A stretch of 64,000 nucleotides of DNA. It comes from Treponemataceae bacterium. GTDB taxonomy: Bacteria > Spirochaetota > Spirochaetia > Treponematales > Rectinemataceae. Below the pieces are notes generated by a model. That model saw only the letters and a list, made by a program, of their open reading frames with translations, made no database searches and was not told the DNA's origin. Below, one piece after another: positions 38,877 to 48,963 of this stretch. The first letter of the stretch is position 1, and every line of letters begins with the position of its first letter. Where the stretch lies: contig CAXXVZ010000002.1 of the NCBI GenBank assembly GCA_963678065.2, forward strand, positions 384,001-448,000, in the 5' to 3' direction. The translations under genes and the position numbers were made by a program.

Positions 38877-39554
38877 TCAAGATTTCCGGTTCAGATCCGG
38901 GTCGATGACGATTTTCCGTTTGTCCGGGGGGATGCTGATCCCCTTCTCGGCGAAGAGCGCGGACCAGGCTTTGGCCGCGACCTCGCCGCCGTACTCGTCG
39001 ATCCCCGCGACGATGCCGTACATCATCACGGAACCTGCCGCGAGGAGCTTTCGCAGGATGGCCTTGTCCGAGTTTTCCTCGTCGTAGCCGACAAGGACGG
39101 CGAGGGCCATCCCGAGCGAGAAGGTCCAGAGCCAGTCGTAGATGCGGTCCAGGGTGGCAGGATCGAAGGCTGCGAGGCGCTCGTCCTCGGGCATGCGCTC
39201 GCGGTTCGATCGCCTGAAGCGGTCGAAGACCCCCGAGGCCTTGCCGCCCCGGTAGAGCGCCATGAAGAGTTTGGGCTCATCGCGCGCGAAGGCGATGAAA
39301 CCCGCCCCGCTGTTGAGGAAGGAGCCCGTCGACCAGGGCCGGGAGCAGTACTCGTCGAGCCTGCGGACGATCTCCTCAAGGAGCCAGTCCGAGAGTTCCT
39401 CCATCGAGGCGAAAGCCCCGTAGACGGGCGCCACCGAGACGCCGAGCCTTGCGCCGACGGCGCGGGCTGTCAGCGCGTCCCAGCCCTGTGCGCGGACAAG
39501 CTCCAGGGCGGCCCGGCCGACCTCATCAGGCGAAAAACTGGTGCTTCGCGGCAT
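38877..39554 (-). CDS. TetR/AcrR-family regulator
   Basis: LTARAVGARLGVSVAPVYGAF HTH. Confidence 0.9.
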   Translation of the reverse strand: MPRSTSFSPDEVGRAALELVRAQGWDALTARAVGARLGVSVAPVYGAFASMEELSDWLLEEIVRRLDEYCSRPWSTGSFLNSGAGFIAFARDEPKLFMALYRGGKASGVFDRFRRSNRERMPEDERLAAFDPATLDRIYDWLWTFSLGMALAVLVGYDEENSDKAILRKLLAAGSVMMYGIVAGIDEYGGEVAAKAWSALFAEKGISIPPDKRKIVIDPDLNRKS

Positions 39555-39580
39555 GCTCCGGACTCCTTTGGATTACATTC

Positions 39581-39609
39581 ATTATATAACATGCGTTAGG
39601 TAACGTCAA
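39581..39609 (-). promoter_or_regulatory. Sigma70 promoter TTGACG-17-TATAAT with TAAC-N4-GTTA palindrome in the spacer
   Basis: -35 at 39609-39604, -10 at 39586-39581, palindrome 39587-39598. Confidence 0.72.
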
Positions 39610-39696
39610 CTATTTAACCCGGGATTCTTCTGCGACATGTCGAAAAGAAAGGCTGATCCTGATGTCGTCCGGCAACAAAGCCAAGCTTCTAGTTGT

Positions 39697-41448
39697 TCAA
39701 GGCGCAGCGCGGGCCGCTCGAATTCGATTATATTCTTCTACCATGATGGCCAGGTCGGAGGGATCGGTATCTGCCCCTTCGTCGTTGGGCTTGAGCAGGG
39801 CAGCAGGGAGGCGGTCGCTCTCCGGGCCGAGCCCCTCACGCCGGTTGTATTCGCGGCTGGCAAGGGTGACTCTATTGGCGAAGCTCTCGAGATCATGCTT
39901 GCTCCAGTCGAGCCCGACGGCTCCGCGGATGAGGATTCCCAACTCGTCCCACTTTATGAAGTCCCGGAAGAAGCGGCAGAGGATCATGCAGTCGAAGATG
40001 CATGAACGATCCTCGTAGTCGATATGCTTTTCGGCCTTGCCGACGATCACTTCCGGTTTGATCTCCCCACTCAACTCGGCCTTGTAGAAGGTGCCGCGCA
40101 GATGGCAGGCGCCGCGGGCCGCTGTGGCGTAGGAGAGTCCCATGCCCTTGAGCACGCGCGGATCGAAACCTGCCGGTTCGAGGCCTTTTACGTGGACCGC
40201 GATGTCCTCCAGGCCCCATGCCTGTGCGGCCGATTTGATCCCGCCGGCCAGTATCTCCCCGACGCCCTCCCGCCGCGAGATTGCACCGAAGAGCTCGGCC
40301 ATGCGGTCGCTCTGCCCGTAGTCGATGTCGAAATCAGACTTGCCGCGCAGTCTCGCCTCGACGGCGAAGGCGCTGATGTTGCCGGCGCTCATCGTATCGA
40401 TGCCGAGCCTGTCGCAGACGTCGTTGAGCCATGCGACCTCCTCCAGCGGCGCTACGCAATTGAGGCCGCCCAAGGCGTAGATCGTCTCGTACTCCGGACC
40501 GTCCAATTCGAGGCCGGCGTGGCGACCGGCCTTGAGGCGGCTTTTTTTGGTACACTGGAGAAAACAGCTCGGACAACCGTGGTTGGACACCTCGAAATGC
40601 TCGTTCATGTAGTCGGACGAGAGTTCCTGCCAGCGGTCGAAAGTGCCGGATTGCCAGTATCGTGTCGGAAAGCATTTCATGGCATTGGTCACGACGACCT
40701 GGCTGGGCGTTCCGCGCCTGCGGTAGTTTTGGGTGATCGGGGAATCCTTCCACTTTTGCGCCAGGATCCGGTTGAATTCCAGGAGGGCCGCCTTGTCGGC
40801 CGCCGCGACCCGGAGAGAGCCCGCGAAGGTCATGGCCTTGACGCCCTTGGCTCCGAGCACGGCGCCCATACCGCCCCGGCCGAGGCTGCGCCAATGGTCG
40901 CTCTTGATGCAGGCGAAGGCAACCCTGTTTTCCCCGGCCGGGCCGATGGTGAGGGCGGACGCGCCCGCGGCCGAGCGGGCGAGGACATAGTCCTCCGTGG
41001 CGTAGGTTTCCCAGCCCTGTAGCTCTCCGGCTTCCTCGAAGGATACTCCCTTCTCGTCGAAGCGCAGCCAGACCGGTCGGTCGCTTGCGCCTCTCAGCAC
41101 GATCGCGTCGATGCCGCAGCCTTTGATCTTGTCGACAGCCGTTCCCCCGCAGTAACTCTCGCCATAGCCCCCGGTGGCCGGGCTCTTGGCGTAGGCGCCG
41201 AATCGCGCCCGGCCCCAGACCTTGGTATGGGAAAGCGGTCCGGCAGCCAGCACGAAGATCGCCTCGGGAGCCAGCGGATCGACCCCTGGTGGATTCTCAT
41301 CGAGAAGGAGATGTGTACCGAGCCCCTTTCCGCCCAAGGTGCGCTCGAGTAGGCTGTCCGGCAGTTCGGCGAATTCGAACCGACGCCGTGTCAGATCGAC
41401 CCGCAATATCCTCTTGAAAAAGCCGTTCACGAAAGAGGTTGCCGCCAT
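39697..41448 (-). CDS. aor: Tungsten/molybdenum aldehyde:ferredoxin oxidoreductase family
   Basis: AKSPATGG, GRGGMGAVLGAK, CPSCFLQC, GPEYET, DRLGIDT, RGACH. Confidence 0.93.
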   Translation of the reverse strand: MAATSFVNGFFKRILRVDLTRRRFEFAELPDSLLERTLGGKGLGTHLLLDENPPGVDPLAPEAIFVLAAGPLSHTKVWGRARFGAYAKSPATGGYGESYCGGTAVDKIKGCGIDAIVLRGASDRPVWLRFDEKGVSFEEAGELQGWETYATEDYVLARSAAGASALTIGPAGENRVAFACIKSDHWRSLGRGGMGAVLGAKGVKAMTFAGSLRVAAADKAALLEFNRILAQKWKDSPITQNYRRRGTPSQVVVTNAMKCFPTRYWQSGTFDRWQELSSDYMNEHFEVSNHGCPSCFLQCTKKSRLKAGRHAGLELDGPEYETIYALGGLNCVAPLEEVAWLNDVCDRLGIDTMSAGNISAFAVEARLRGKSDFDIDYGQSDRMAELFGAISRREGVGEILAGGIKSAAQAWGLEDIAVHVKGLEPAGFDPRVLKGMGLSYATAARGACHLRGTFYKAELSGEIKPEVIVGKAEKHIDYEDRSCIFDCMILCRFFRDFIKWDELGILIRGAVGLDWSKHDLESFANRVTLASREYNRREGLGPESDRLPAALLKPNDEGADTDPSDLAIMVEEYNRIRAARAAP

Positions 41449-41464
41449 AAGCCTCCCCCTTTGT

Positions 41465-42622
41465 TCATATCGCCACCTGCTCAATCAGGTCCGAAGGCAC
41501 GCTCATCGAAGGCAACTCCAGTCCATCGCAGAAGAAGTGGATCGATCCATCCAGCCACTTCGCGACAGTGACCTTTCTTTTCCGGTCCGTTTTGCCTCTA
41601 CCGCGGGAAATCAGGAGATGTCTGTATTTCTCGGGCTCCGGCAGATTTTCGACGCTGATTTCGCACTCCGTGCTGTAGCAGAAAATCCTGCGGAGGTCGG
41701 TGCCATCGAGTATCGGAACGTGGTAATCCTCGAGTCCCCGGGGTTTACCGGCTACAAGGGCGTTGAGCGAGACCACCTTCCGGCAGCGGAAAAAGATGTC
41801 GGTCTCAACAATGGATTCAGTTTGTGCGTCTTCCAGTGCCTTCTTCAGTTTCTCTATTTCACTTTCCATCCGGCGCGCGATGCATGTACTCTTTGCAGGG
41901 TTCAAGGGAAGAATATCGATTCCGAGTTTATCGCAGGCTTGGGCGAAAAAAGTGCGCTGCTCCAACCCCATCAATTCCTGTTCCAGGGTCAGATGGATCC
42001 GCTTATCGGTTATCAACGCTTTCTGACAGCAGAGCGAGACAGGTATCCCGTATCGTTCCAGCCATGCCCAAAGGAGTCGCATGGGAACTGAAATGCCCTT
42101 GTCGTGTTCGATCGCTGCCAGAGTTACTCCGGTATCGTCATCCTGGAGCAGATGGAGCGAGCAAATCGTCGCGTCTTTTTTGAGCCATTGTCCCTGGACG
42201 GCGAGGTGCACAAGGCATCGGCCGAACCCGCCGGCTTGCCCGACCTCCTGCCTTGCGTCGGTTCTCGATCGTTGTCCCATCCACAGACCCCGGGACATCA
42301 ACCATCGCCTCAGAGTCTCATGGTCGACGGCTATTCCCTGTGCGTTCAGGGTCTTGCAGAACTCCGTCGGACCCAAGCCTCTGTAGGGACCTGCATACTG
42401 CGAGAGCACCCATTCCTTGAAGGATCCCGCGTAGGACCTGTTCGATTGACGGCCTTTGTTTCGATGCTCGATACCCCGGGGTCCCTCTTCCAAATACCGT
42501 TTCCAGAGCCGGCGCATCTGCCTGTAGGAGAGATTGAGCTCGTCTGCGGCGGCACTCAGAGATTCTCTTCCGGCACGGACCTCTTCGAGAATCGTACACC
42601 GCAAATCCAAGGTTCCCCTCAT
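41465..42622 (-). CDS. ISNCY/IS1202-type transposase homolog apparently lacking the DDE triad
   Basis: LSYRQMRRLWKRY, HRNKGRQSNR, GPT, HETLRRWL, DDDTG, YGIP, KLGI, DLRRIFC, LDGSI follow the family pattern; intact 385 aa; RBS GGAGGTGA. Confidence 0.8.
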   Translation of the reverse strand: MRGTLDLRCTILEEVRAGRESLSAAADELNLSYRQMRRLWKRYLEEGPRGIEHRNKGRQSNRSYAGSFKEWVLSQYAGPYRGLGPTEFCKTLNAQGIAVDHETLRRWLMSRGLWMGQRSRTDARQEVGQAGGFGRCLVHLAVQGQWLKKDATICSLHLLQDDDTGVTLAAIEHDKGISVPMRLLWAWLERYGIPVSLCCQKALITDKRIHLTLEQELMGLEQRTFFAQACDKLGIDILPLNPAKSTCIARRMESEIEKLKKALEDAQTESIVETDIFFRCRKVVSLNALVAGKPRGLEDYHVPILDGTDLRRIFCYSTECEISVENLPEPEKYRHLLISRGRGKTDRKRKVTVAKWLDGSIHFFCDGLELPSMSVPSDLIEQVAI

Positions 42623-42706
42623 TCAGTCACCTCCGATCTGGAGCAGGTAAGCAACCGGGTGCCAACATTTTTTGCACAAGGAATGGTATGGCTGAATTTG
42701 TTGTTT

Positions 42707-42733
42707 GTCAATTGTTAATTGTTAACAATTGAC
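42707..42733. promoter_or_regulatory. AT-rich inverted repeat in divergent promoter region
   Basis: gtcaattgttaa-ttg-ttaacaattgac with 12-bp arms; contains the palindrome aattgttaacaatt. Confidence 0.6.
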
Positions 42734-42882
42734 GTGTCCGTCTATTTGCAAGAACATTTGTTATACTTAAATAATAACCGATTGACAGATCTAAAGAGTT
42801 TAATCAACAGCAAAAATTGACCGCGTAAGACTTTGATAGATAGCATCTACCGTATTTGAAAGATCGTCATCAGGAGGCGTGT

Positions 42883-44190
42883 ATGAAGAGATCACTTTTC
42901 TTGGCTTTTGCCGCGATCATGTTCTTCTCGTTGATATCCGATATCACGGCGCAGTCGGCGAAAAAAGTCGCACTGACCTGGTGGGTGTATCCCCGCTTTA
43001 CGACCGCGGGCAAGGACCCCGGCGTCTACGAGCAGGAGATCGCCGACCGGTACTGCAAGGAGAATCCGAACGTCTCCATAAAGGTCGAGGCGCTCTCCTA
43101 CAACGGCGGGCCAGCCAAGGTCAATGTCGCGATCGCCACAGACTCCATGCCAGACTTGCTGATCGACGATCCGATCCGGCTCATCGCGGACTATGCGGCC
43201 CGGGGCGCCCTCGTTCCGATGGACGATGTCATCGACTTGAAGACCATCCAGCCCGGCTTCCTCGCGGACTGCTACATGGATGGCAAGATGTATATGTACC
43301 CAATTTCGGCGCTATGCTACTGCGTCGGCGTAAACAAAACAGCCTTCGAGAAGGCCAAGGCCCTCGACAAGTTGCCGCTAAACAGGCCTGATCGCAGCTG
43401 GACCTTCGACGAGTACACGAAGGCCCTCGAGGCCGTCAAAGGCTTGCCGGGCATGTACGCGACCGCCTTGTGGGCGGGGAACGAGCAGGGAGACTCCGCC
43501 GGGAGGCTGCTCGTCCAGAACTGGGGCGCGCAGCTCTTCTCTGCCGGCAACAAGCGCATCACCCTGAACGACGCGGCGGGCGTCAAGGGCATGGAGTGGC
43601 TCCTCAGTCTGAAGACGAAGGGACTGCTGGCGCCCGGCGTCGAGAGCCTGACCATGACGGACATGATCGACCTCTTCAACCAGGGGCGAGTCGCCGTTGG
43701 AACCTACTATTCGTCCGACCAATACGCGGTGCTCCTGGGCATGCAGAAGGAGAAGAAGGCCGCCGATTTCGAGCTGGTCTTCTTCCCCTATCCGACGGCG
43801 CCAGGGGTCAAGTCTGTGACCACCCTCGCGCAGACCGGGATCTCCGTGTTCAAGAACACCGATCCCGACAAGATCGCGGCGGCGAAGAAGTTCGCGAAAT
43901 GGGTCTGCACGACACCCGATATCGTCGCGATGTCGCAGGGACATATCCCCGCGGTCAAAGGCCTGCCCGCCCTTGGCGATACCAAGAACTGGTCCGAGCT
44001 CAAACTCATGGAGAAGTGGGGCGCCGCGAACTCAGTCTATTCCGGTCGCACGCTGAAGGGATTGTCCGAGATCAGGACCTTCTGGTTCCCGAATCTCCAA
44101 GCTATGTTCACCGGCGCGAAGACCCCCAAGCAGGCCCTCGACGACTTCGTGACAAGCGCGAACAAGGTGATGGAGAAGTATTACCCGTAA
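42883..44190 (+). CDS. Carbohydrate ABC substrate-binding protein (family 1)
   Basis: Signal peptide, NPNVSIKVE, MPDL, WTFDEY, TPKQALDD. Confidence 0.9.
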   Translation: MKRSLFLAFAAIMFFSLISDITAQSAKKVALTWWVYPRFTTAGKDPGVYEQEIADRYCKENPNVSIKVEALSYNGGPAKVNVAIATDSMPDLLIDDPIRLIADYAARGALVPMDDVIDLKTIQPGFLADCYMDGKMYMYPISALCYCVGVNKTAFEKAKALDKLPLNRPDRSWTFDEYTKALEAVKGLPGMYATALWAGNEQGDSAGRLLVQNWGAQLFSAGNKRITLNDAAGVKGMEWLLSLKTKGLLAPGVESLTMTDMIDLFNQGRVAVGTYYSSDQYAVLLGMQKEKKAADFELVFFPYPTAPGVKSVTTLAQTGISVFKNTDPDKIAAAKKFAKWVCTTPDIVAMSQGHIPAVKGLPALGDTKNWSELKLMEKWGAANSVYSGRTLKGLSEIRTFWFPNLQAMFTGAKTPKQALDDFVTSANKVMEKYYP

Positions 44191-44213
44191 GTGCTTTCGA
44201 CGATCGCTGGCAT

Positions 44214-44269
44214 CGTACCCGGCGCCGAACCCTGTTTGCCGCAAGGCTGCGAGGGGGGCGCCGGGTACG
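44214..44269 (+). terminator. GC-rich stem-loop after SBP gene
   Basis: 13-bp arms cgtacccggcgcc / ggcgccgggtacg. Confidence 0.6.
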
Positions 44270-44593
44270 CTCGTTCCGCGCAGCCCTCGAGCGGGGAAGT
44301 GCCTATGACATCGAGGGAGAGGGACAGCGCGCCCGGGCGCATGGCTCGCTTGAAAAGGCTTGAGAGCGCCTGCGGAAAGGGTCGCTCGGGACATACGGCA
44401 TTTTCGCGGGGCACACGAACCCGAGGGCTCTACGAGTCCGGAATGCTCCGCAAGCCCTCCGCGCCCGTCCGCCGCATGATCGGCGCGATGACATTTCTAA
44501 AGAGCAGATGAGCCTGTCGCTTTGGCATATCCATGGGATTGCCCTATAGTGTGCCTGTCCAGAATGCCAGCGAAGCCGACGAGGAGCCAGCGG

Positions 44594-45478
44594 GTGCGTG
44601 AAAGAAAAGCGCGCGTCACGGGCAAGGAGATCGCGGCCGGCTATATCTTCGTCCTGCCGGCACTGCTATTCTTTCTTGTCTTTCAGATTTATCCCCTCTT
44701 CCGAACCGTGGCCCTGAGCCTCATGGAATACGCCGGCAAGTCCTTCCGTTTCGTCGGCCTCCAGAACTACCGCGACCTCGCCGCGAATCCCGTCTTCCTG
44801 AAATCGATCATCAACTCGACCCTCTTCGTCGTCCTGAACGTGCCTGTAATCATCGTTTTCGCCCTCGCCATTTCCTTCTTCATCTACCGCAAGTCGACAA
44901 GGTCACTCGGGTTCTACCGCATCGCCTTCTACCTTCCCTCGGTCGCGTCGATCGTCACGATCTGCATTGTCTGGAAGAACATGCTGAACCCGATAATGGG
45001 CCTGATCAACTATCTGACCGGCAGGATGGGAATACCGCCCATCAACTGGCTCGGGAGCAATTACGCCCTGGGTACCCTCTCCCTCATACTCTTCTCGATC
45101 AACGTCGGTATGTCGATCATTCTCTACATCGCCGCGATGCAGGGAATCTCTCACGAGATAACCGAAGCGGCGCTGATCGACGGCGCGAACAAGTGGACCC
45201 TCTTCGTGAGAATCATCATCCCTCTCGTGGGGCCGACGACGCTATTTGTCATAGTCATCAACACGATCAACCTCTTTCAGTCATTCGCCCTCGTGAATCT
45301 CATGACCAAGGGCGGTCCCTTCTATTCCACGACGACGATCGTATTCCAGCTCTACGAGACGGCTTTCGGACTCCAGAAATTCGGACTCGCCTCGGCGATG
45401 GGCATCTGTCTCGGAGTGATCATATCGCTTGTTTCGGTATTCCAGTTCAAGATCGCCGACAGGACCACAGGGTCCTGA
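44594..45478 (+). CDS. Carbohydrate ABC permease (MalF-like)
   Basis: FVGLQNY, EAALIDGA, GGPFYST; GTG start after GAGGAG. Confidence 0.9.
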   Translation: MRERKARVTGKEIAAGYIFVLPALLFFLVFQIYPLFRTVALSLMEYAGKSFRFVGLQNYRDLAANPVFLKSIINSTLFVVLNVPVIIVFALAISFFIYRKSTRSLGFYRIAFYLPSVASIVTICIVWKNMLNPIMGLINYLTGRMGIPPINWLGSNYALGTLSLILFSINVGMSIILYIAAMQGISHEITEAALIDGANKWTLFVRIIIPLVGPTTLFVIVINTINLFQSFALVNLMTKGGPFYSTTTIVFQLYETAFGLQKFGLASAMGICLGVIISLVSVFQFKIADRTTGS

Positions 45479-45500
45479 TCCGGTGGAAGGGAAAAGCCTC

Positions 45501-46349
45501 ATGCGCCAGGTACACGGAACGATAGACGGGACACGATGGAAGATCGCCGAGCGGGTCACCTCGGCGCTGATTTTCATTATCGCGCTGCTCTTCCTGTTCC
45601 CCTTCTACTGGACCTTGACGGGCGGGTTCAAGACTCGCTTTGACCTCATGGGCTTCGTCCCGCAATGGTTCCCCCTGCACCCGACGCTCGACAACTTCAC
45701 CAAGATATTCTCGAAGACCGGCGGACGCTGGCTCTTCAACAGCGTAGTCATGGCCAGTTCCTACACATTCCTGACGGTCCTCGTGTGCACGATGGCAGGC
45801 TACTCCCTCGCGAAGAAGCGCTTCCCGGGCAGGCAGATGATCTTCTGGATGTTCATCATGGTGATGGCGATACCGAAGAACACCATGCTCGTCCCCCTCT
45901 TCCTCCTCATAAAGGACCTCAGGATCGTGGACAACTATCTCGGCGTGATCCTTCCCTTCATAGCATGGCCCTTCGGCATATTCCTGATGAGGCAGTTCAC
46001 GCAGACCCTTCCCGACGAGCTCTTCGACGCAGCGAAGATAGACGGAGCTTCCGAATATTATATCTTCGTCAAGATAGTCGTTCCCCTCGTCGTTCCGGGG
46101 ATTATAAGTCTCTCGGTCTTTGCCTTCAGGGACAGCTGGAACGACTACTTCTGGCAACTCATCGCCCTGTCCCGCGGATCGATGAAGACTCTGCCATTGG
46201 GTATAGCGGCCATGATGGACGAGACTTTCGTCGAATACGGAATGCTCATGGCGGGGAGCGTTGTCGCCTCTCTTCCGATCATCATTGTCTTCCTCGTCTT
46301 CCAGAGGTATTTCACGGCGGGCATCGCGATGAGTGCCGTCAAAGGTTGA
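45501..46349 (+). CDS. Carbohydrate ABC permease (MalG-like)
   Basis: PTLDNF, DAAKIDGA, WNDYFW, FQRYF, AVKG. Confidence 0.92.
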   Translation: MRQVHGTIDGTRWKIAERVTSALIFIIALLFLFPFYWTLTGGFKTRFDLMGFVPQWFPLHPTLDNFTKIFSKTGGRWLFNSVVMASSYTFLTVLVCTMAGYSLAKKRFPGRQMIFWMFIMVMAIPKNTMLVPLFLLIKDLRIVDNYLGVILPFIAWPFGIFLMRQFTQTLPDELFDAAKIDGASEYYIFVKIVVPLVVPGIISLSVFAFRDSWNDYFWQLIALSRGSMKTLPLGIAAMMDETFVEYGMLMAGSVVASLPIIIVFLVFQRYFTAGIAMSAVKG

Positions 46350-46629
46350 AAGCAGCTCATCGCTCCGAGGGGCCCATCCTGCCCGGCGAAGGATCGCTCC
46401 GGCGAGCCAGGAGGATGCGCATAGTCACCATGCGCCACGAGGAGGACAGCCTCCCTGTCCGCGACCTCGCCCGAAGTCTCCGGAAGCGACATGAAGAATA
46501 TGAGTTCGCTCAACGGCCTCGGACGCGAAGTCGATTGCCAGAGGCGATGAGACAGTCGAAGCGGGTTAGCCGGTTCGGCACTCGTTCCCGTCTTCGCGGA
46601 TATGATGCAAGTGCATTTGGAGGTGGAAA

Positions 46630-47838
46630 ATGAAGGTATCAGGACTTGAGACGATCAGGCTCGGGGAATTCCCCAGCATCCTTTTTCTCCGGGTTCACAC
46701 GGATGAAGGCCTCATCGGCCTCGGCGAGAACTGCGTCGGCGTGGAGGCTGTCGAAGCCTTCATCCACGAAACGATCGCGCCGCGCATCCTGGGGAAGGAT
46801 CCCCTCGCGATTACGGCGATACACGAATCCCTTCACCAGGACTTCATAGGATTCGCCGGTTCCTCGGCCGCGGTGCGTGGCGCATCGAGCCTGGACATAG
46901 CCTTGTGGGACATTCTGGGACAGGCGACATCCTGTCCGATCTACCAACTCCTGGGCGGCAAGGTCCGCGACCGCATCCGCGTCTACAACACCTGCGCAGG
47001 CTCCGCCTACGCGCGCGGCTCGTCGAATATAGACCGGAACAGGAAAGCCCAGATCGGCACGCCGACAGGCGTGGATTTCGAGGACTTGATAGGTTTCATC
47101 AATTCGCCCGACGAGCTTGTGGCCAGCCTGAAATCTATGGGCATGACGGCGATGAAGATCTGGCCATTCGACGAGGCGGCGATGCGCTCGGGCGGGCAGA
47201 CGATTTACAAATCGGACCTGCGCGACGGCGTGGACATCTTCCGCAGGGCGCGCGAGGCCGCAGGTCCGGATTTCGACATCATGCTCGAGATGCATTCGCT
47301 CTGGTCCTGTCCGGCGGCCACGATGATCGCGGGGGCGGTCTCCGAATACTCGCCATTCTGGATAGAGGACGCGCTGCGGCACGAAAGCACCGAGGCGCTG
47401 GTCCGGTTCAAGCGCTCAACCTCCATCCCGGTGACAGTTGGGGAGACGACCGGCACGAGGTGGGACTATCATCGCCTGCTCTCCTCCCGGGCGGTGGATC
47501 ATGTGATGTTCGATCCTGGTTGGGTGGGGGGTATCACCGAGGCGGTGAAGGTCATCGCGCTCGCGTCGACCTACGGTGTTCCGGTCGCGCCGCACGACTG
47601 CACGGGTCCCGTCGTGCTCACGGTAGGCACCCACCTGGGAATCGCGTCCCCGACCATCGAACTTCAGGAAATGGTGCGCAATTTCTATTTCGGCTGGTAC
47701 GCCGATATGCTGACGGAGCTCCCGGCCTATTCGGACGGCCACATCTCCCCCCCATCCGGGCCCGGGCTGGGCACCGCCCTGCAGCCAGGGATAAGCGAAC
47801 GGAGCGACGCGATCGTGCGGTGGAGCAGGCTTGGGTGA
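46630..47838 (+). CDS. Enolase-superfamily (mandelate racemase-like) acid-sugar dehydratase
   Basis: DIALWDILG, PIYQLLGG, KIWPFD, EMH, WIED, GET, APHDCTGP. Confidence 0.9.
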   Translation: MKVSGLETIRLGEFPSILFLRVHTDEGLIGLGENCVGVEAVEAFIHETIAPRILGKDPLAITAIHESLHQDFIGFAGSSAAVRGASSLDIALWDILGQATSCPIYQLLGGKVRDRIRVYNTCAGSAYARGSSNIDRNRKAQIGTPTGVDFEDLIGFINSPDELVASLKSMGMTAMKIWPFDEAAMRSGGQTIYKSDLRDGVDIFRRAREAAGPDFDIMLEMHSLWSCPAATMIAGAVSEYSPFWIEDALRHESTEALVRFKRSTSIPVTVGETTGTRWDYHRLLSSRAVDHVMFDPGWVGGITEAVKVIALASTYGVPVAPHDCTGPVVLTVGTHLGIASPTIELQEMVRNFYFGWYADMLTELPAYSDGHISPPSGPGLGTALQPGISERSDAIVRWSRLG

Positions 47839-47910
47839 GAAACCCGCGCGGCGAAGACCGCGCGGCACTCCGGCGACACTGGTACAAGGATGGGGATCAG
47901 GAAGCCCCGC

Positions 47911-48963
47911 TCATCTTCCCAACCCCTCCTCGAACATGGCGACGGCGTTTCCCATCGGCGTGTCCAGTTCGAGAAAGTGGGTAGGCGCGAGGATGTAGCC
48001 CGAGCCGCCCGAAGCGGCCACGATGCGTCGCGTTTCCTTTCGGACCTCATCGGGATTCCCGTGGGCCAATATGCTCTGGAGGCCTACCATACCGTGAAAA
48101 ACGATATGCCTCCCGAAATCCCTGAACAGCCCTCCGGCGTCCATACCCTCGGCCTCTACCTGTACGGCCTGGTAGATATCGAGACCCAGATCGATCCAAT
48201 GGGGGATGTGGGCGCGGTTCGATCCGCAGGAGTGGAGCATCACTTTCGCGCCATATTTGTGGCCAAGGTCGATGAAAGCCCTGAGCTTGGGCGCGAAGAC
48301 TGTTTTCCACGAATCTATGTTCATGAGGGGTCCGTTCTGGGTTCCGTAGTCGTCGCCAATCCAGAGCACGTCGATCTTGCCATTGGCCTTTCGCAGCGCC
48401 CGTTCGGCGACTTCGAGGAGTATCTCCTGCCGTTTCTCCAGGAGGGCGAGTCCCACCGGATCTTCGAGGGCTATATCGACGAGGACTTGCTCCATGCCCC
48501 GTCCGAAGGATGTGCCATTGATGAGGTCCATTATTCCTGGATGGCCAAACACGACGACATACTTGTCGCGGATGCGGTCGCAGCGGCTCTCAATGTCCGA
48601 AAAGTCAAAAAGGTCGGGCGAGGGCCACGGATACGCCTCGACCTCGTCCATGGACGAGATGTCCGCGAAAGGCCGATACTCGACCTCATCGTAGGTTCCA
48701 TAGATGTTGACGACGGGACGGCGACGGACTCCCCACATGTCCGTGAAGAAACCGCGCTCATCCTTTTCATAAGGAGCGCGGAAGTCGTGATGCATGAGGT
48801 GGCGGAAGTCTATGTCGAGGAGCTCAAGAGCCTCGTCGTAGCTGCCGGCCCCGAGGTGGCGGACGAGGCGCTCGGGAACTTGTCCCTCGGCGATGCAATC
48901 GATGGGCGGCCTGTCACAGCGTTCATGCTTCATCGTCGCCTCGAAACGCGAGCGGTGAGTCAT
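47911..48963 (-). CDS. URO-D-fold protein
   Basis: DRPP, DMWGV, GDDYGTQ, LHSCG, APTH. Confidence 0.88.
   Translation of the reverse strand: MTHRSRFEATMKHERCDRPPIDCIAEGQVPERLVRHLGAGSYDEALELLDIDFRHLMHHDFRAPYEKDERGFFTDMWGVRRRPVVNIYGTYDEVEYRPFADISSMDEVEAYPWPSPDLFDFSDIESRCDRIRDKYVVVFGHPGIMDLINGTSFGRGMEQVLVDIALEDPVGLALLEKRQEILLEVAERALRKANGKIDVLWIGDDYGTQNGPLMNIDSWKTVFAPKLRAFIDLGHKYGAKVMLHSCGSNRAHIPHWIDLGLDIYQAVQVEAEGMDAGGLFRDFGRHIVFHGMVGLQSILAHGNPDEVRKETRRIVAASGGSGYILAPTHFLELDTPMGNAVAMFEEGLGR

Noticed and set aside
41465..42700. Active insertion sequence or dif/Xer target site
   Set aside because: No terminal IRs or target duplication seen, the triad appears absent, and ttatacttaaat at about 42761 does not fit a 28-bp dif layout
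46350..46629. Small gene or ncRNA in the permease-dehydratase gap
   Set aside because: RBS-like motifs are badly spaced and I recognise no motif or RNA structure; may be a relic but unsupported
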